From the human T2T-CHM13v2.0 reference genome, Homo sapiens: DNA of 64,000 nt. The stretch lies in NCBI RefSeq assembly GCF_009914755.1, contig NC_060927.1; one strand, written 5' to 3'. The first letter of the stretch is position 1. Each line of letters opens with the position of its first letter. Positions 34,807-47,554 of the stretch are shown here, piece after piece. Below the pieces are notes generated by a model. It made no database searches. It had not been told where the DNA came from and was given only the letters and a program-made list of their open reading frames with translations. A program made the translations under genes and the position numbers.

Positions 34807-36026
34807 TCAGAATGGCCTTCAACATTGTTCACTTTGTCATAATTTTACTATTATTATCCTCAAATTATTTTCCCCTTTTATCCTGAATTCCAGCCACCAT
34901 GCACTTGTTTCTCATTGCATTAATTTTTTAATATGTAAACACTTCAAAATACTGCAAATAAAACATTTACCACTCACAAATATAAAGGCTGATTGGTATG
35001 GCACTGCTTCTTACTGTGGTTCGCCTGAGATAGTTCCCCTCCAGGAGTCTCTGCTTTTTGATGACTGCAGAAGCACAGGAGGGAAAGTTCCTTGCCACAT
35101 GAATATTTCAAAATACTGCTTTATATCTCATTTACCAACATTCCATAGGCCAAAGTAAGTCACATAGTCAAGCTCAACTTTAGTGACATTAAAAAACATA
35201 CTCTATGTCAATGATGGCATTTTTTTCCTACAAAAATGGTAAATATCTTAACTTACTGAAAATGCATAAAGTGTTCTTTATTTTTTCCTCATTTTCTGAT
35301 CTCCTTGCAAGATGACAGGAGTTGTAATTGAGCTGACTGCATTCAGTGATGGATCTCCTTCTCTAGTTTTTTAAAATAAAGATGATGCCTTTTAAGTACA
35401 ATTAAGTGTTATTAGACATAATATTTTATTTATGGGGATTGTAAAGGAAGAAAGTTTCAATGCTTTTAGGTAAATTAGATCTTCTTAGACACTCCTTTCA
35501 ATTATTTTTATAAGATACTTTATAAGAGACTAACAAGTAATTGGAATATCTATTTTTCTGACTATTGACTACAATTATTTGATATTAGTAAATTTGATAT
35601 AATTAAATATATTAATATTAATTAAATATTTTCATTTCTCAACTAAGAATGAGATATTTTTAATTAAGCTTTTCATTTCTTATTAAGGACTATTTTCCCA
35701 AGCACGTTTCCTGAGGTTTAAGTACTTGCCATTGTGGATGGATGCCTCTCTGAACTCTTGTTATTTCTTACAATCAAGTTTAACAGGGAATAATTTTGTT
35801 CCATAATTCCTGTACTCTAAATAATAATTTTTAGTGATCTTTACCTTAAAAACAATTCTTCCCATTCTATTGTTTTGTTTCATTCACAGCTTTGCTCATC
35901 CTTTATCTCTTTAACCTGTTTGGAGGAAGGGATCTTGAAAAGACATATAATCTCTCCATAATTTCCCTCCTGTATAGTACCCAATATCTGCTAACTGTAT
36001 CATCCTCAGAACTCATATCTTAACTC

Positions 36027-36416
36027 AGTTATGGCTGCATTGAAATGTGAAAATTAGTAAATGAGAGCCTTCTCATACTGCCCAAAGAAATTTGCAACTA
36101 GGAGATGAGAAAATTACCATACACATGAAAGCTATTTTAAAATAATAAAAATGTGACTGCTAGTGTGGTACGCTAGCCTCTGTGTCCTCAAGAAGTTCAA
36201 AACAGTTCCAAGAAAAAGACAACAATTACCTCTTTTTTTTCTCCCAAAGAAAATCAACATGTAGATTAACCAAGGAAAGGAGTTCAGTTCGAAATACGGA
36301 AGAAACTGTGTGTAAGGGAGGAGGAAAGAGCAGAAGTGCGGGGTGTGCATTCAAATACACAGTGTTAAAATATAGCTGGTAACCACTTACCTATATAGTT
36401 ACCACTTTTCTCCCAG
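36027..36416 (+). repeat. Probable source copy of the 390-bp duplication
   Basis: Matches 33755-34144; sits in non-repeat flanks. Confidence 0.9.
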
Positions 36417-36609
36417 TACCTAAATAGCTAAGTTGCATTTAACCAAACCTTGTTTTAGGTTTACATCTAGTACAAAAATCATTATCTAACAACTCACTTT
36501 GTGTAAAATATCCATACTATGAGTCTACTTTTGACTGGTTATTGAAGGCCAATTAAAAGATTCACTGTTGATATACAATATTATCAATGTTTTCAAATAT
36601 GTAAAACAA

Positions 36610-37435
36610 AACTAGAGTTAATCTTGGGTTTGGTGATGATATGTTAGATAAAACACAAAAGACACAATCTATTAAATAAATAATAAACTGGGTTTCAATA
36701 AAATGATGAACTTCTGCTTTATAAAAGACACTCTCAACAGAAAAACAAGACAAGCCACAAAATGGATGAAAATATTTGCAAAAGATATATCTGATAAAGG
36801 GCTTTTAAATATACAAAATATACAAAGAACTGTAAAAATTCAACAATAATAAAGTGAGCAACTCAACTTTTTTTTTGGGGGACAGAATCTCACTCTGTCG
36901 CCTAGGCTGGAATGCAGTGGCATGATCTTGGCTCACTGGAGCAACTTAATTTTTAAAAATGGGCCAAAGATCTGAACAAACACCTCACCAAAAAAGATAT
37001 GCAGATAATATGTACCTATAATTACATGTATATACATATAATCATATGAAAAGATGTTAAATATCAAATGTCAGTAGATAATTGCAAATTAAAACAATGA
37101 GATTCTACTATAAACCTATTTGAATGGCTAAATTTCAAAACATTCACAACATTAAATGTCAGCTAGACTGTGGAGAAACAGGAACTGTCATTCTTTGCTG
37201 GTGGAAAACACAAAATGGAATAGCCACCTTGGGAGACAGTTTGGCAGTTTCTTACAAAACTAAACATACTTATCATACATTTCAGTAATTGTGCATCATG
37301 GCATTTTTACTCAAGTCAGATGGAAAATTATGTCCATACATGCACCTGTAGGGTCAGGGGGTACAACAACTCTTTGTATTTTCCATGAATTTTGCCATGA
37401 ATCTAGAACTTTTTAAAAAACAAAGTCTATTAAAA
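36610..37435 (+). mobile_element. L1MC/L1MD-like 3' fragment with internal deletion
   Basis: gaaaatatttgcaaaagatatatctgataaagg; ccttgggagacagtttggcagtttcttacaaaactaaac; ends aaagtctattaaaa. Confidence 0.8.
36868..36938 (-). mobile_element. Severely 5'-truncated Alu (~70 bp)
   Basis: T-tail + gacagaatctcactctgtcgcctaggctgg...gctcactg; TSD gagcaactcaac / gagcaacttaat. Confidence 0.9.
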
Positions 37436-37621
37436 ACAGACACCAACTAAGTGAATTACTATCTCACATGATTTTTCGAAATAATTGACCCTTAATAAAA
37501 AGTTCACAATAACTGAAGTATGTATGATTTCTACCCAATCAAATGATGTCTAATGTGCAATAGACATCATAAATGATGTCTAAAATGCAATATAAATGCA
37601 TTTTTACATGCAAAAGGTCAC

Positions 37622-39352
37622 TGTATTAGCCTGTCTTCACACTGTCATAAAGAAATAAAAGAGGTTGGGTAATTTATAAAGGAAAGAGTTTTAATATACT
37701 CACAGTTCTCCATGGCTGGGGAGGCCTTAGGATACTCACAATCATGGCAGAAGGGGAGGCAGGCACTTTCTTCTCAAGGCAGCAGGAGAGACAGCTTGTG
37801 AAGGAGGGAATGTCAAACACTCATAAACCCATCAGATCTCATGAGTGCTCACTCACAGCCTTGGGCATCTCCACCCCTGTGGCTTTGCAGAATACAGCCC
37901 CCATCCCAGCTGCTTTCACAGCTGGCATTGAGTGTTGGCAGCTTTTCCAGGTGCATGGTACAAGCTGTCAGTAGATCTACCATTCTGGGGTCTGGAGGAG
38001 GATGGCCCTCTTCTCAGAGTCCCACTATGCAGGGCCCCAGTGGGGACTTTGTGTGAGGGCTCTAACCTCATATTTCCCCTTTGAGCTACCCTAGGAGAGG
38101 ATCTCCATGTGGGCTCCACCCCAGCAGCAGACTTCTGCCTGGTCATCCAGGCACTTCCATCCATCCTCTGAAATCTAGGTAGAGATTTCCAAAACTACAT
38201 ACTTGTCTTCTGTGTACCTGCAGGCCCAACACCACATGTAATCCACCAAGACTTGGGGCTTGCACCCTCTGATGCCACAGCCTGAGCTGTACCTTGGCCT
38301 TTATAACCCCTGCTGGACGCAGGGCACCAAGTCCTAAGGCTGCCTAGAGCAGTAGGGGCTCTTGGCCTGGCCCAGGAAACTAATTATTCCTCCTAGGTAC
38401 CTGGGACTGAGGGTCTGCTGCAAAGATTTCTACATGCCCTTGAGACATTTCTTCATTGTCTCTGTGATTAACATTCAGCTCCTAGCTTACTTATGCAAAT
38501 CTCTGCAGCAGGCTAGAATTTTTCCCCAGAAAATGCATTTTTTCTTTCTATCACATAATCAGGCTGCAAATTTTTCAAACTTTTGCAATCTTTCATCTCT
38601 TGAATGCTTTGCTGCTTGGAAATTTCCTCCACCAGATACTCTAAATCACCTTTCTCTGTCTTAAAGTTCCGCAGATCTGTAGGGCAGGGGCAAAATGCTG
38701 CCTGTCTCTTTGCTAAAGCATAGCAGGAGTTACCTTTGTTCTAGTTCCCAAGAAGCTCCTCATCTCCATCTGAGACCACCTCAGCCTGGACTTCATTGTC
38801 CATATCACTATCAGCATTTTGGTCAAAATCATTAAACAAATCTCTAGGAAGTTCCAAAATCCCAAATCTTTCTGTATTCTTCTGAGCCCTCCAAGGTGTC
38901 CCAACCCCCTGTCACCCAGTTCCAAAGTTGCTTCCACATTTTTGGGTATCTTTATAGTGACACCTCCCTCTACTGCTACAAATTTACTTTATTAGTCCAT
39001 TCTCACACTGCTATAAAGATACTACCTGAGGCTGAGTAATTTATAAAGGAAAGAGGCTTAATTGACTCACAGTTATGCATGGCTGGGGAGGCCTCAGGAA
39101 ACTTACTATCATGGTGGAAGGAGCAGCAGGCACTTTTTTCACAAGGTTGCAGGAGAGAGAAAGAATGTGTGTAGGAGAAAATGTCAAACACTTATAAAAC
39201 CATCAGATCTTGTCCGAACTCACTCACTATCATGAGACATAGGTGAAACCACCACCATGATCCAGTCATCTCCCATCTAGTCCCTCCCTCGACACCTGAA
39301 GATTACAGTTCGAGATGATACTTGGGTGGGGACACTGAGCCTAATTATATCA
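37622..39352 (-). mobile_element. THE1D/MSTA-type MaLR element: LTR (37622-~37856, truncated), internal region, LTR (~38987-39352)
   Basis: Two homologous LTRs (gtcaaacacttataaaaccatcagatct), THE1/MST-int between them, TG..CA ends, TSD gtcac / gtccc. Confidence 0.9.
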
Positions 39353-39764
39353 GTCCCCAATAATTCTTCTCCATGAAAATAAAATGAAATAATAATACAT
39401 AAAAGTCACATATTTTAAATTGTATAAGGATAAATAGAGAGCAAACATTTTTATGTATGAGAGTGTTTTTATAGATTGAAGAGAATTTTTTTAGCATATT
39501 AAGACACCTGCCTAGTTTGTATTTAGGTTATATTTAGATTAGGTTTATTTTAGTAACTTTTCTTTTACAATATGATTAATAATTTCTATAATATCTGAAT
39601 TTATTGCTATTGGTTCATTATGCCAATAGAAAGCAAAACTAATTTTGACTCTCACTTTTACAAGTACTTATTATCATTTTGTCCTGTCTCATCATTTTCA
39701 TCAGTCTTTTTCTCTGTAATCTCAATAAGCATATCTAAATTGTTCTGCAAACCTGTCTTTTCCT

Positions 39765-39860
39765 TCCTTCCTTTCTTCTTTTCTTTTTTCCCTTCCCTTT
39801 CATTCCCTCCCCTTCTCTTTTCTTCTTTACTTCCATTCTTTCTTTCTTTTTTCCTTCTGT
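39765..39860 (+). repeat. CT-rich low-complexity tract
   Basis: Direct. Confidence 0.8.
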
Positions 39861-40074
39861 CAATTCCCTATTACAATGGCCCAAGTACTTCTGTATTTCT
39901 GAATGAATTTATTATTCCCGTGTGGTTAATCTTTTTTTGTTAATTTTTAAACATTCATTAAAAATATAATTACTAAGTTTTATTCACAGATGTTGAAAAT
40001 AAGTGTTAAAAATGTCATGCCTGTTTGATATCTGATCATTGGCATAGAAAAATCTTTCTTCTATTGTGGAAGAA

Positions 40075-40415
40075 AGTAGAATTTTCCCATGGCCTCCACA
40101 GGTGGGAGGGAGAAGTAGCCTCCTTACTACTGAGTAGTGGTGAGGACAAGTCCAATAGACTCTCTCAGACATGACCACAGAGGGAGAGGGAACTATACTT
40201 CATTATTACCAGATGTAGGTAGAAATTCAGGCTCCCCACATGGTTGTTGCTAGTACCTTGGGGCTTATTACAGCCTGTGGGGATGAAAGTCCCAGCTCTC
40301 TACTCCACCTTCTAGCAAAATCTCTACAGTAGGGGGATTGGGCTTCTTTATTACAGCCTGGCAAGTGTGGAAGTCTCGGCTACGTCCTTGGTCTTTTCTA
40401 GCTCCCCACATGGTC
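40075..40415 (-). mobile_element. Ancient L1M 5' UTR-type degenerate tandem units (L1M4/L1MD-like)
   Basis: Repeated ttattacagcctg...g(g)aagtc...ctccccacatgg units. Confidence 0.5.
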
Positions 40416-41167
40416 ATTAGAGTTCCAAACAGGAAGATAGGGTATTATTGAATATAAATATTTTTAAAATTTTTAAATTTGAAAATTATTATTGCAATTA
40501 GGCAGTATGTTATCTTGTACTTCATAAACAGTTAGGTGTTTGCCTATTAGTCAGAAATAATGCAAATTTGAATATTAAAAAGAAAGTGGATATGGTAAAA
40601 AAATTGCTATGAAATTTAATCATGGCAAGTTCAAAGTAAATAATTTAATGCTATTAAAATGGGATGGAGAATCAATTGCTATGCAGTTATTAAAAAAACA
40701 AAAATCTATCAGTCATAGATAAATGTTATTTCCTAAGCAAAGAAGAAACATAGGATTGTAGAACTTAGTTTATTTGGAGTTTGTAATTTCTCTGCAGAAC
40801 CAAAAGTAATGGAAAAAACTTTAGTTTATATTGAAAAAGCCAAAAACCGTGCTTAGCATAAGAGGAACTGAACATAGTTGATAATTTACAGAGCAAATCC
40901 AGGCCAACAACATAGAATAAATGTACAAGTGTAAATGACAGAAGTGCATTCACTTAGCTTTTCCTATTTTAAATTTGCTGTTGCAATGATAATATTCATT
41001 TATTTTCTGGGGAAAATACATTCAGCAAGAGAATAGTGATGAACATAACTTGCTTAACATTGTTAAGATAATATAGCAAAATGAATGGAAAATATTTTTA
41101 CTGTGATATTATCTACTTGCCTATTCCATTTCCTGATTTTCCATTCAAGAATACCTGGTATGGCTTT

Positions 41168-41170
<3 letters not shown>

Positions 41171-41212
<42 letters not shown>
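41171..41212 (+). repeat. (CA)21 microsatellite
   Basis: Direct. Confidence 0.96.
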
Positions 41213-41220
<8 letters not shown>

Positions 41221-42149
41221 TGTGCCAATAGACTCATTTATGAAACACTGTAACTGCAATGACATTTTTCTTTCCTTTCTTCTTCTCTTTCAGTGGAACA
41301 AAAGTGCAAAAAGAGGTCAATATTAATTTGTAGAAAATAAATAGTAGTATATCTTTAAAGCAGAGTAATCTTGGAATAGTGATTTTGGTTATAAAAGGAA
41401 AACAGAGTAGTGACACTATTTTTGTGTTAATTATACAATATTCAGCAGGACATGCCCTATGGTTTCTTGTTTCACACTGTTTTTTACATCATTTTTCATG
41501 TCATGGTCAAGGGAATTGACTGGCATAACTCAGAACAGCAGAAATACAAGTTGAAAACAACATTGTGCTCATCCTAAATGTCAAGCTTGCTCAGGCAAGA
41601 AGATGTAAGGAGCCTCCTGAGAAGTAACTAACCAGAAGGAAAAAATAGAATCTTACAAATTTGATTCATGTTCATTCTGTCAGCATTGGAGAGAAGGGTG
41701 ATTCTAAATGGTGGAATGTGTTTACTGTTCTCAAGGTTGTCCTCCAGGTAAGTTCTGATGGGCACAATGTAAAAAATATATATGAATAAAATAAAATATT
41801 CAATAAAATAAAAGGGGAGTGAAAACAAATATTTAGCACATTGAGTGTTGATGTATCAACACTATTGGTGTTGATGTATTCGCCACCTGTGAAAGACAAT
41901 TTACTATTCTGTTTCAGGATTCTCAACATCAAGAGAAAACAGCTGCATTGATACTTAAGTGGATATTTATGGTCCTGCTGTCATTGTTAACTGAACATAA
42001 ACAGCAGAAAATAATTATTATGCCCCAATGGCTTCAGACAGGAGAGAGAAAAAGTGACACATATAACATGGCAAGAAAGAAAACTAGATCATGAAGCACA
42101 GGTGAGTCATAGCCACTAGTTCTTGAAGCATTTGTTTTGTTTGATGCTG

Positions 42150-43890
42150 TTCTTAACTTTTATTTGGGGTTCAAGCGTACATGTCCGTGTTTGTTATATA
42201 GCTAAATTGAGTATCGGGGGTGTGGTATCAGATTATTTTATAACCCAGAAAATATGCATACCACCTGATAGTTTTTTGATGCTCTCTTTCCTCCCAACCT
42301 CCACCTTCAACCAGGGCCTGGTGTTTGTTGTTCTCTTTTTGGTGTCCATATATGACTCAATAGATAGCTCCCACTTACAAGTGAAAACACATGGCATTTG
42401 GTTTTCTGTTCCTATGTTAGTTCACTTAGGAAAATATCCTCCTGCTTCATCCATGTTTTTGCAAAGGACAAGATCTCATTCTTTTTATAGCTGCTTAGCA
42501 TTCCATGGTATGTATATATATATATATCACATTTTCTTTATCCAGTCTACCATTGGCAGTTAGGTTGATTCCATATCTTTGCTATTGTGAATAGTACTGT
42601 GATGAACATACACATGCATGAGCCTTTATGGTGGAACAATTTAGATTCCTTTGGTTATATACTCAATAATGGAATTGCCTGGTCAAATGGTAGTTTCGTT
42701 TTAACTTATTTGAGAAATTGCCACACAACTTTTCAAAATGACTGAACTAATTTCTACCAGCAGTGTGTAAGCCATCTTTTTACTCTGCAACCTCACCAGC
42801 ATCTGTTATTTTTTTACTTTTTAGAGTAGCCATTCTTAGTGGCACGAGAAGGTATCTCATTGAGAAATGCAAGTTTTGATTTGCATTCTTAGTGGCAGGA
42901 GAAGGTATCTCACTTGAGAAATTCAAGATTGGATTTGCATTTCTCTAATGATTAGTGATGTTGAGCATGTTTTCCTTGTTGACCACATGTATGTCTTCTT
43001 TTGAAAAGTATCTGCTGGGTGTGGTGGCTCATGCCTGTAATCCCAGCATTTTGAGAGGCTGAGGCGGGCTGATAACAAGGTCAGGAGATCAAGACCATCC
43101 TGGCTAACAAGGTGAAACCCCGTCTCTACTAAAAATACAAAAAATTAGCTGGGTGTGGTGGTACGTGCCTGTAATCCCAGCCACTCAGGAGGCTGAGGCA
43201 GGAGAATATCACTTGATCCTTGGAGGCAGAAGTTGCAGTGAGCTGAGTTAGTGCCATTGCACTTCAGCCTGGGCTACAGAGCGAGACCCTGTCTCAAAAA
43301 AAAGAAAAAGAAAAAGAAAAAGAAAAGAAAAGTGTCTGTTCATGTCCTTTGCCCACTCTGTAATGGGCTTGTTTTTGTCTATTAAGTTCCTAATAGATTC
43401 TGAATATTAGACCTTTGTTGGATGCATGGTTTGCAAATATTGTCTCCCATTCTGTAGGTCACATATTTACTCTGTTGATAGTTGCTTTCGCTGTGCAGAA
43501 GCTCTTTAGTTTAATTAGGTTCCATTTGTCAATGTTTCTTTTTGTTGCAATTGCTTTTAGCATCAACATCATGAGATTTTTGCTACAGCCTCTGTCCAGA
43601 ATGATATTTGTTAGGTTATCTTCCAGTGTTTTTATAAGTTTAGAATTTACATTTAAGTCTTAGTCCATCTTGAGTTGATCTTTGTTTATGGCATAAAAAG
43701 GCGACCAGCTTCAGTCTTTTGCATATAGCTAGTCAGTTACCTCAGCACTAATTATTGAATTGGGAGTCCTTTCTCCATTGCTTGCTTTTGTCTACTTTGT
43801 CAAATAGCAGATGGTTGTAGGTGTGTGGCATTACTTCTGAGCTCTCTATTCTGTTCCATTGGTCTAGATGTCTGTTTTTGTACCAGTACC
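42150..43890 (-). mobile_element. L1PA15/16- or L1PB-like 3' region, interrupted by an Alu
   Basis: taacttttatttggggttcaagcgtacatg...ctgtgcagaagctctttagtttaattagg...tttgtaccagtacc. Confidence 0.9.
43014..43326 (+). mobile_element. AluSc/Y-like with (GAAAA)n tail
   Basis: ggtcaggagatcaagaccatcctggctaac; TSD gaaaagtatct / gaaaagtgtct. Confidence 0.94.
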
Positions 43891-44871
43891 TTCTTTTGTT
43901 GGGTGTTCTGGTTCACAGGGCTCCTTCAGGCAGAGGTCACAGTTGGAAGACAGCCATATCTTTGCCACGTCTGCCCTATTCCGTTGTCCGAATTCTTTCC
44001 AAAGGAACACAGGGTTGTGCCTGCCTGCAGAGTTCAGGCAGAAACAGGTTCACTGGGCTAGAAGCTCTAGTGGGTGTGGCCCATCTAGCTAAAAGAGGTG
44101 GGGTGATTGGAGCTTTCCACCCTGCCATCTGGGTGTTTCTAGGGAAATAGGAGGCTGCAGCCCTGGGCAGATTCAGATAGAAACAGGACCACTGGACTGG
44201 AAGCTCCACTAGGCATGGCTCACCTGTCTAGAGAGGCAGGGGTGGGTCAAGCCACCCACTCTGTCATCTATCTGATTCCTGGTACAACAGGAGGCTGTTC
44301 CCACTTACTGCATTCACACTGAAGTAGGACCTCTGGGCAGAGGATCTAGCAGGTGTTGCCTGTCTGGCTACTAGTGGCGGGGGTTGGTGGGGTTGCCTGA
44401 CCTACCATCTAGGTGCTTCCTGGGACACTAGGAGGCTGCAGCCACTGGTTGAGGTCACACAAAAGTGGAATCACTGGGCTGGAAGCTGGCACTGAGCTTT
44501 CTCCGGTGAGTAGGGGGTAGAGCAATCTTGCTGCTTTCAGGCACTGTGGCTGTGGCCTCTACTGGGGCTATGGCACCAACGACGGTTTGCTTTGGGGTCC
44601 GAGGCTTTTAGAGATCCCCTTGGACTTAAAATTTGCCCCTGCAAAATGTCCACATGGCTCTCTGCCTCAGCCTAGAGGCTAGGTGAGGAGGCGCAGGGGG
44701 AAGGGGGATTTCCCCATTCCCAGTCTTGCATAGGTCCCTGGGGAGACTAAGAATCCCCTAGAGGGCTCTCACTCACTCACCCCTTTCCATGTTGGAGAGC
44801 TTTTCCTGGCTCCCTGCTAAGCCCAGTCAGGCTGGTGCCCAGCTGTGCTCCTGTCTGTTCTCTGTGTCCCC
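43891..44871 (-). mobile_element. L1P 5' UTR (L1PA13-16/L1PB type) with ~140-bp monomers, fused directly to the ORF2 3' region
   Basis: GC-rich; marker cactggg/ctctggg at 44051, 44190, 44331, 44472; ctcactcactcacccctttccatgttgg near the end. Confidence 0.7.
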
Positions 44872-45685
44872 ATGGAAGAATTATTTGTATCAGTATCTCC
44901 TGATTGATATGTTCTGGGACAAAGGTTTCACTGTCATAATAAAAGAACATAGTAGTGAAAATTTAGAGAGATCATGGCTTACTACTCCCTCACACTGGAG
45001 AGATATTGTCAGGAGTGCACCTGGTGCATTTTTTTAGGAGAAACAAATAACAATTATAATTAGAAAAACAGTTTTATGTTTATTTTCTTGAGAAAGAAAC
45101 AAAAATATGCTTATGCTCTCACAGTATATTCAACTATCAGAAGAAAAACAGAAACACATAGAAATTATAAAGTGGTCAAGTTAATCTTAGAAGGGCTTTT
45201 GCTCAAATAAAATAATAGTGATATTTTCACAATTGATGTTGTTAACCAGTTAAGAAGTGCTGTTATGTTTTTCCTCTTCTTTTCTCAAGGATAACAAATT
45301 GTGTGAGACAAAACATTTTAGAATCTTAGGGATATAATCACAGAATAAAATGCTGATAACAGAGCATATAGAGAGATATTTCCAACAATGTCCTCATGTG
45401 AAACATTGTTTGAAGGAGGAATTTTATTGTTGGGGGAGGAATTTCAAAATCTATTTAGTAGTGCACAGGTATAGACCTGATGTGTGTCATTGGTCTTCAA
45501 AATCTTTGAGTTATGATCATCAACTCTGTTTTCTTAACACAAGAAACAACCATGTTATGACTGTGATGTTTTAAGATTAAAACTAGCTTTCACCCTACTT
45601 CATCCTCAATTTAGAACATGTGTACAATAGAGTCTGTTCTTTGTTAAATATTCCCCTACAATGTTTATTGAGGAATTACAGTACT

Positions 45686-46020
45686 TTCCTTCCTTCTTTC
45701 CTTCCTGCTTTCCTGCCTTCCTGCCTTCCTGCTTTCCTTCTTTCCTTCCTTCTTCTTGATGATGTTTCACTCCGTTGCCCAGACTGGAATGCAGTGGCAC
45801 AATCTTGGCTCACTATAGCCTCAAATTCCTTGGTTCAAGCAATCCTGCTACCCAAGCCTCCCAAGAAGCTAGGACTACAGGCCACTCACCACCATGCTCA
45901 GGTAATTTTTTTAATATATATACTTTTATAGAGACTGAGTGTCATTCTGTTGCCCAGGCTGGTCTCAAATTCCTTGCCTCAACACGCTGGGATTAGAGGT
46001 GTGAGCCACCATGCCCAGCC
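45686..46020 (-). mobile_element. AluJ with (CCTT/CCTG)n tail and left-arm deletion
   Basis: cactatagcctcaaattccttggttcaagcaatcc...gagccaccatgcccagcc. Confidence 0.88.
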
Positions 46021-47554
46021 CCTACATATCTTTCTAAATGACTACTGATGAATTGATGAAGACAACAATAGGTTGAGCTACATATATTAGTACCATTCTT
46101 ACTTGATCTTAATTATGTATCTCCTTTAGAAAGTTTTCTTTTCCCAATGTCTCTGCTAATCATGTTGTTGTTTATGTTATTACTTATGGATTTTCTTTAT
46201 ACTCTGTTGGTGAAATAACAAAATAACTGAGGAACGCATGCATTTATTTATTTTTCTTCCAAAATGGAGTCATGGAGTTTGGAGTTATAAGAAGAAAATT
46301 GTTCTTTTCCCCTCAGGTATGTATAAACATATGTGACAAAGACACATCTATTAGTCTTACTATCATAAATATGCTCTTTGGAAAGGGATAAATTAGCAAG
46401 TATCTGTGGATATACTTTATAACTTATATACTGTGTCTCATGTGTGATCTTCTTACTTATATCATTATTTGCAAGTAAATTTGAGAAAATTTGCTCTTTA
46501 ATTTGTACTTAATCTCCAAGATCAAATGCAGAAAAACCACCAAGAAATTTATCCAGCATTGGCAAAAATTTATTATTTTGGATAGAAATATCTCAAATTT
46601 CATCTGAAATTTAAACTATGTTATAATGATACTTGTACTTTTAAAAAATATATATCTAACAAAAATCTCATACCCCCTTTCTTTACCTAATCATATTATA
46701 CCAATTGTTTTAAATGCCTGACTAAGTTACAATGAACCGCATGAGAACAAAAATGGCATTTTTTTGAATTCTAACCCCAAGGAAACGCCCTTAAAATGCG
46801 ATTTTAGGGGTTTTTTCTCATTAATTTAATGAATGCTATGGCACTTTGTTTCATTTACTCTTCATAAATAACTCACACCCAGCTTAATCTTTCTTGGACT
46901 ACCCTTCAATAATTTGCAGGCAGCAAGTGTTCTTAAGTCTGCTTTCTGTCACTGATAATTACTGTGTACTGCTGAGCTTAGCAGATTAAGCAGTGATATA
47001 TTCATGAATTACTAATTTAAATAACAGCATATACTAAAGGATAACTTTATTTTTGTATAGACCTCATTAGGTCAAAAAGCAAAAGTAATATATTTTAATA
47101 TTTGAATTTTGTGATTCATATATATAGCACATATATATAGAAAATATACATATTGCTATGTATATACAGCAGAAAGATGTCTGTTACTGTGTTTTTTAAT
47201 ATCTTATGGAAAAATAGACAAAGCAATTTCAAATGATTAATTTTAAAACTTTATCCTTATTTAAATCTATCAGTAACACTTATTGAGAAAACATATTGTA
47301 TTTTTATAATGTCCAAATTAAATGTATTATATATGGTACTGGAAAAAGTCAAAATGTTCACACAATGCAAATATCATTTTTTAAAAAAATCTAAACGTTT
47401 TTGGAACAAAGCTTACAACAAATAGCCTTTGAATGCAATGACAGTTTTATATTTGTCATTTCTAATTTAATCAATAAGAGGATTAGAACCAACACTTTAT
47501 GCACCTTTATTTTATGGAAATTGAATGTACAATAATAAATAGTACTGTCAGAAG

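Noticed and set aside
34620-35158. His-Thr repeat ORFs (also 41081-41326)
   Set aside because: Translations of (CA)n microsatellites
33891-36382. Paralogous ORFs ending FKYTVLKYNW / FKYTVLKYSW
   Set aside because: By-product of the 390-bp duplication; starts and N-terminal frames differ and substitutions look unconstrained
43975-44490. Regularly spaced ~140-bp units resembling a repeat-spacer array
   Set aside because: Whole units are homologous (no unique spacers) and lie in an L1 5' UTR; not CRISPR-like, and the DNA is primate
46788-46816. Hairpin followed by a T-run, resembling an intrinsic terminator
   Set aside because: Eukaryotic context, AT-rich imperfect 10-bp stem; expected by chance
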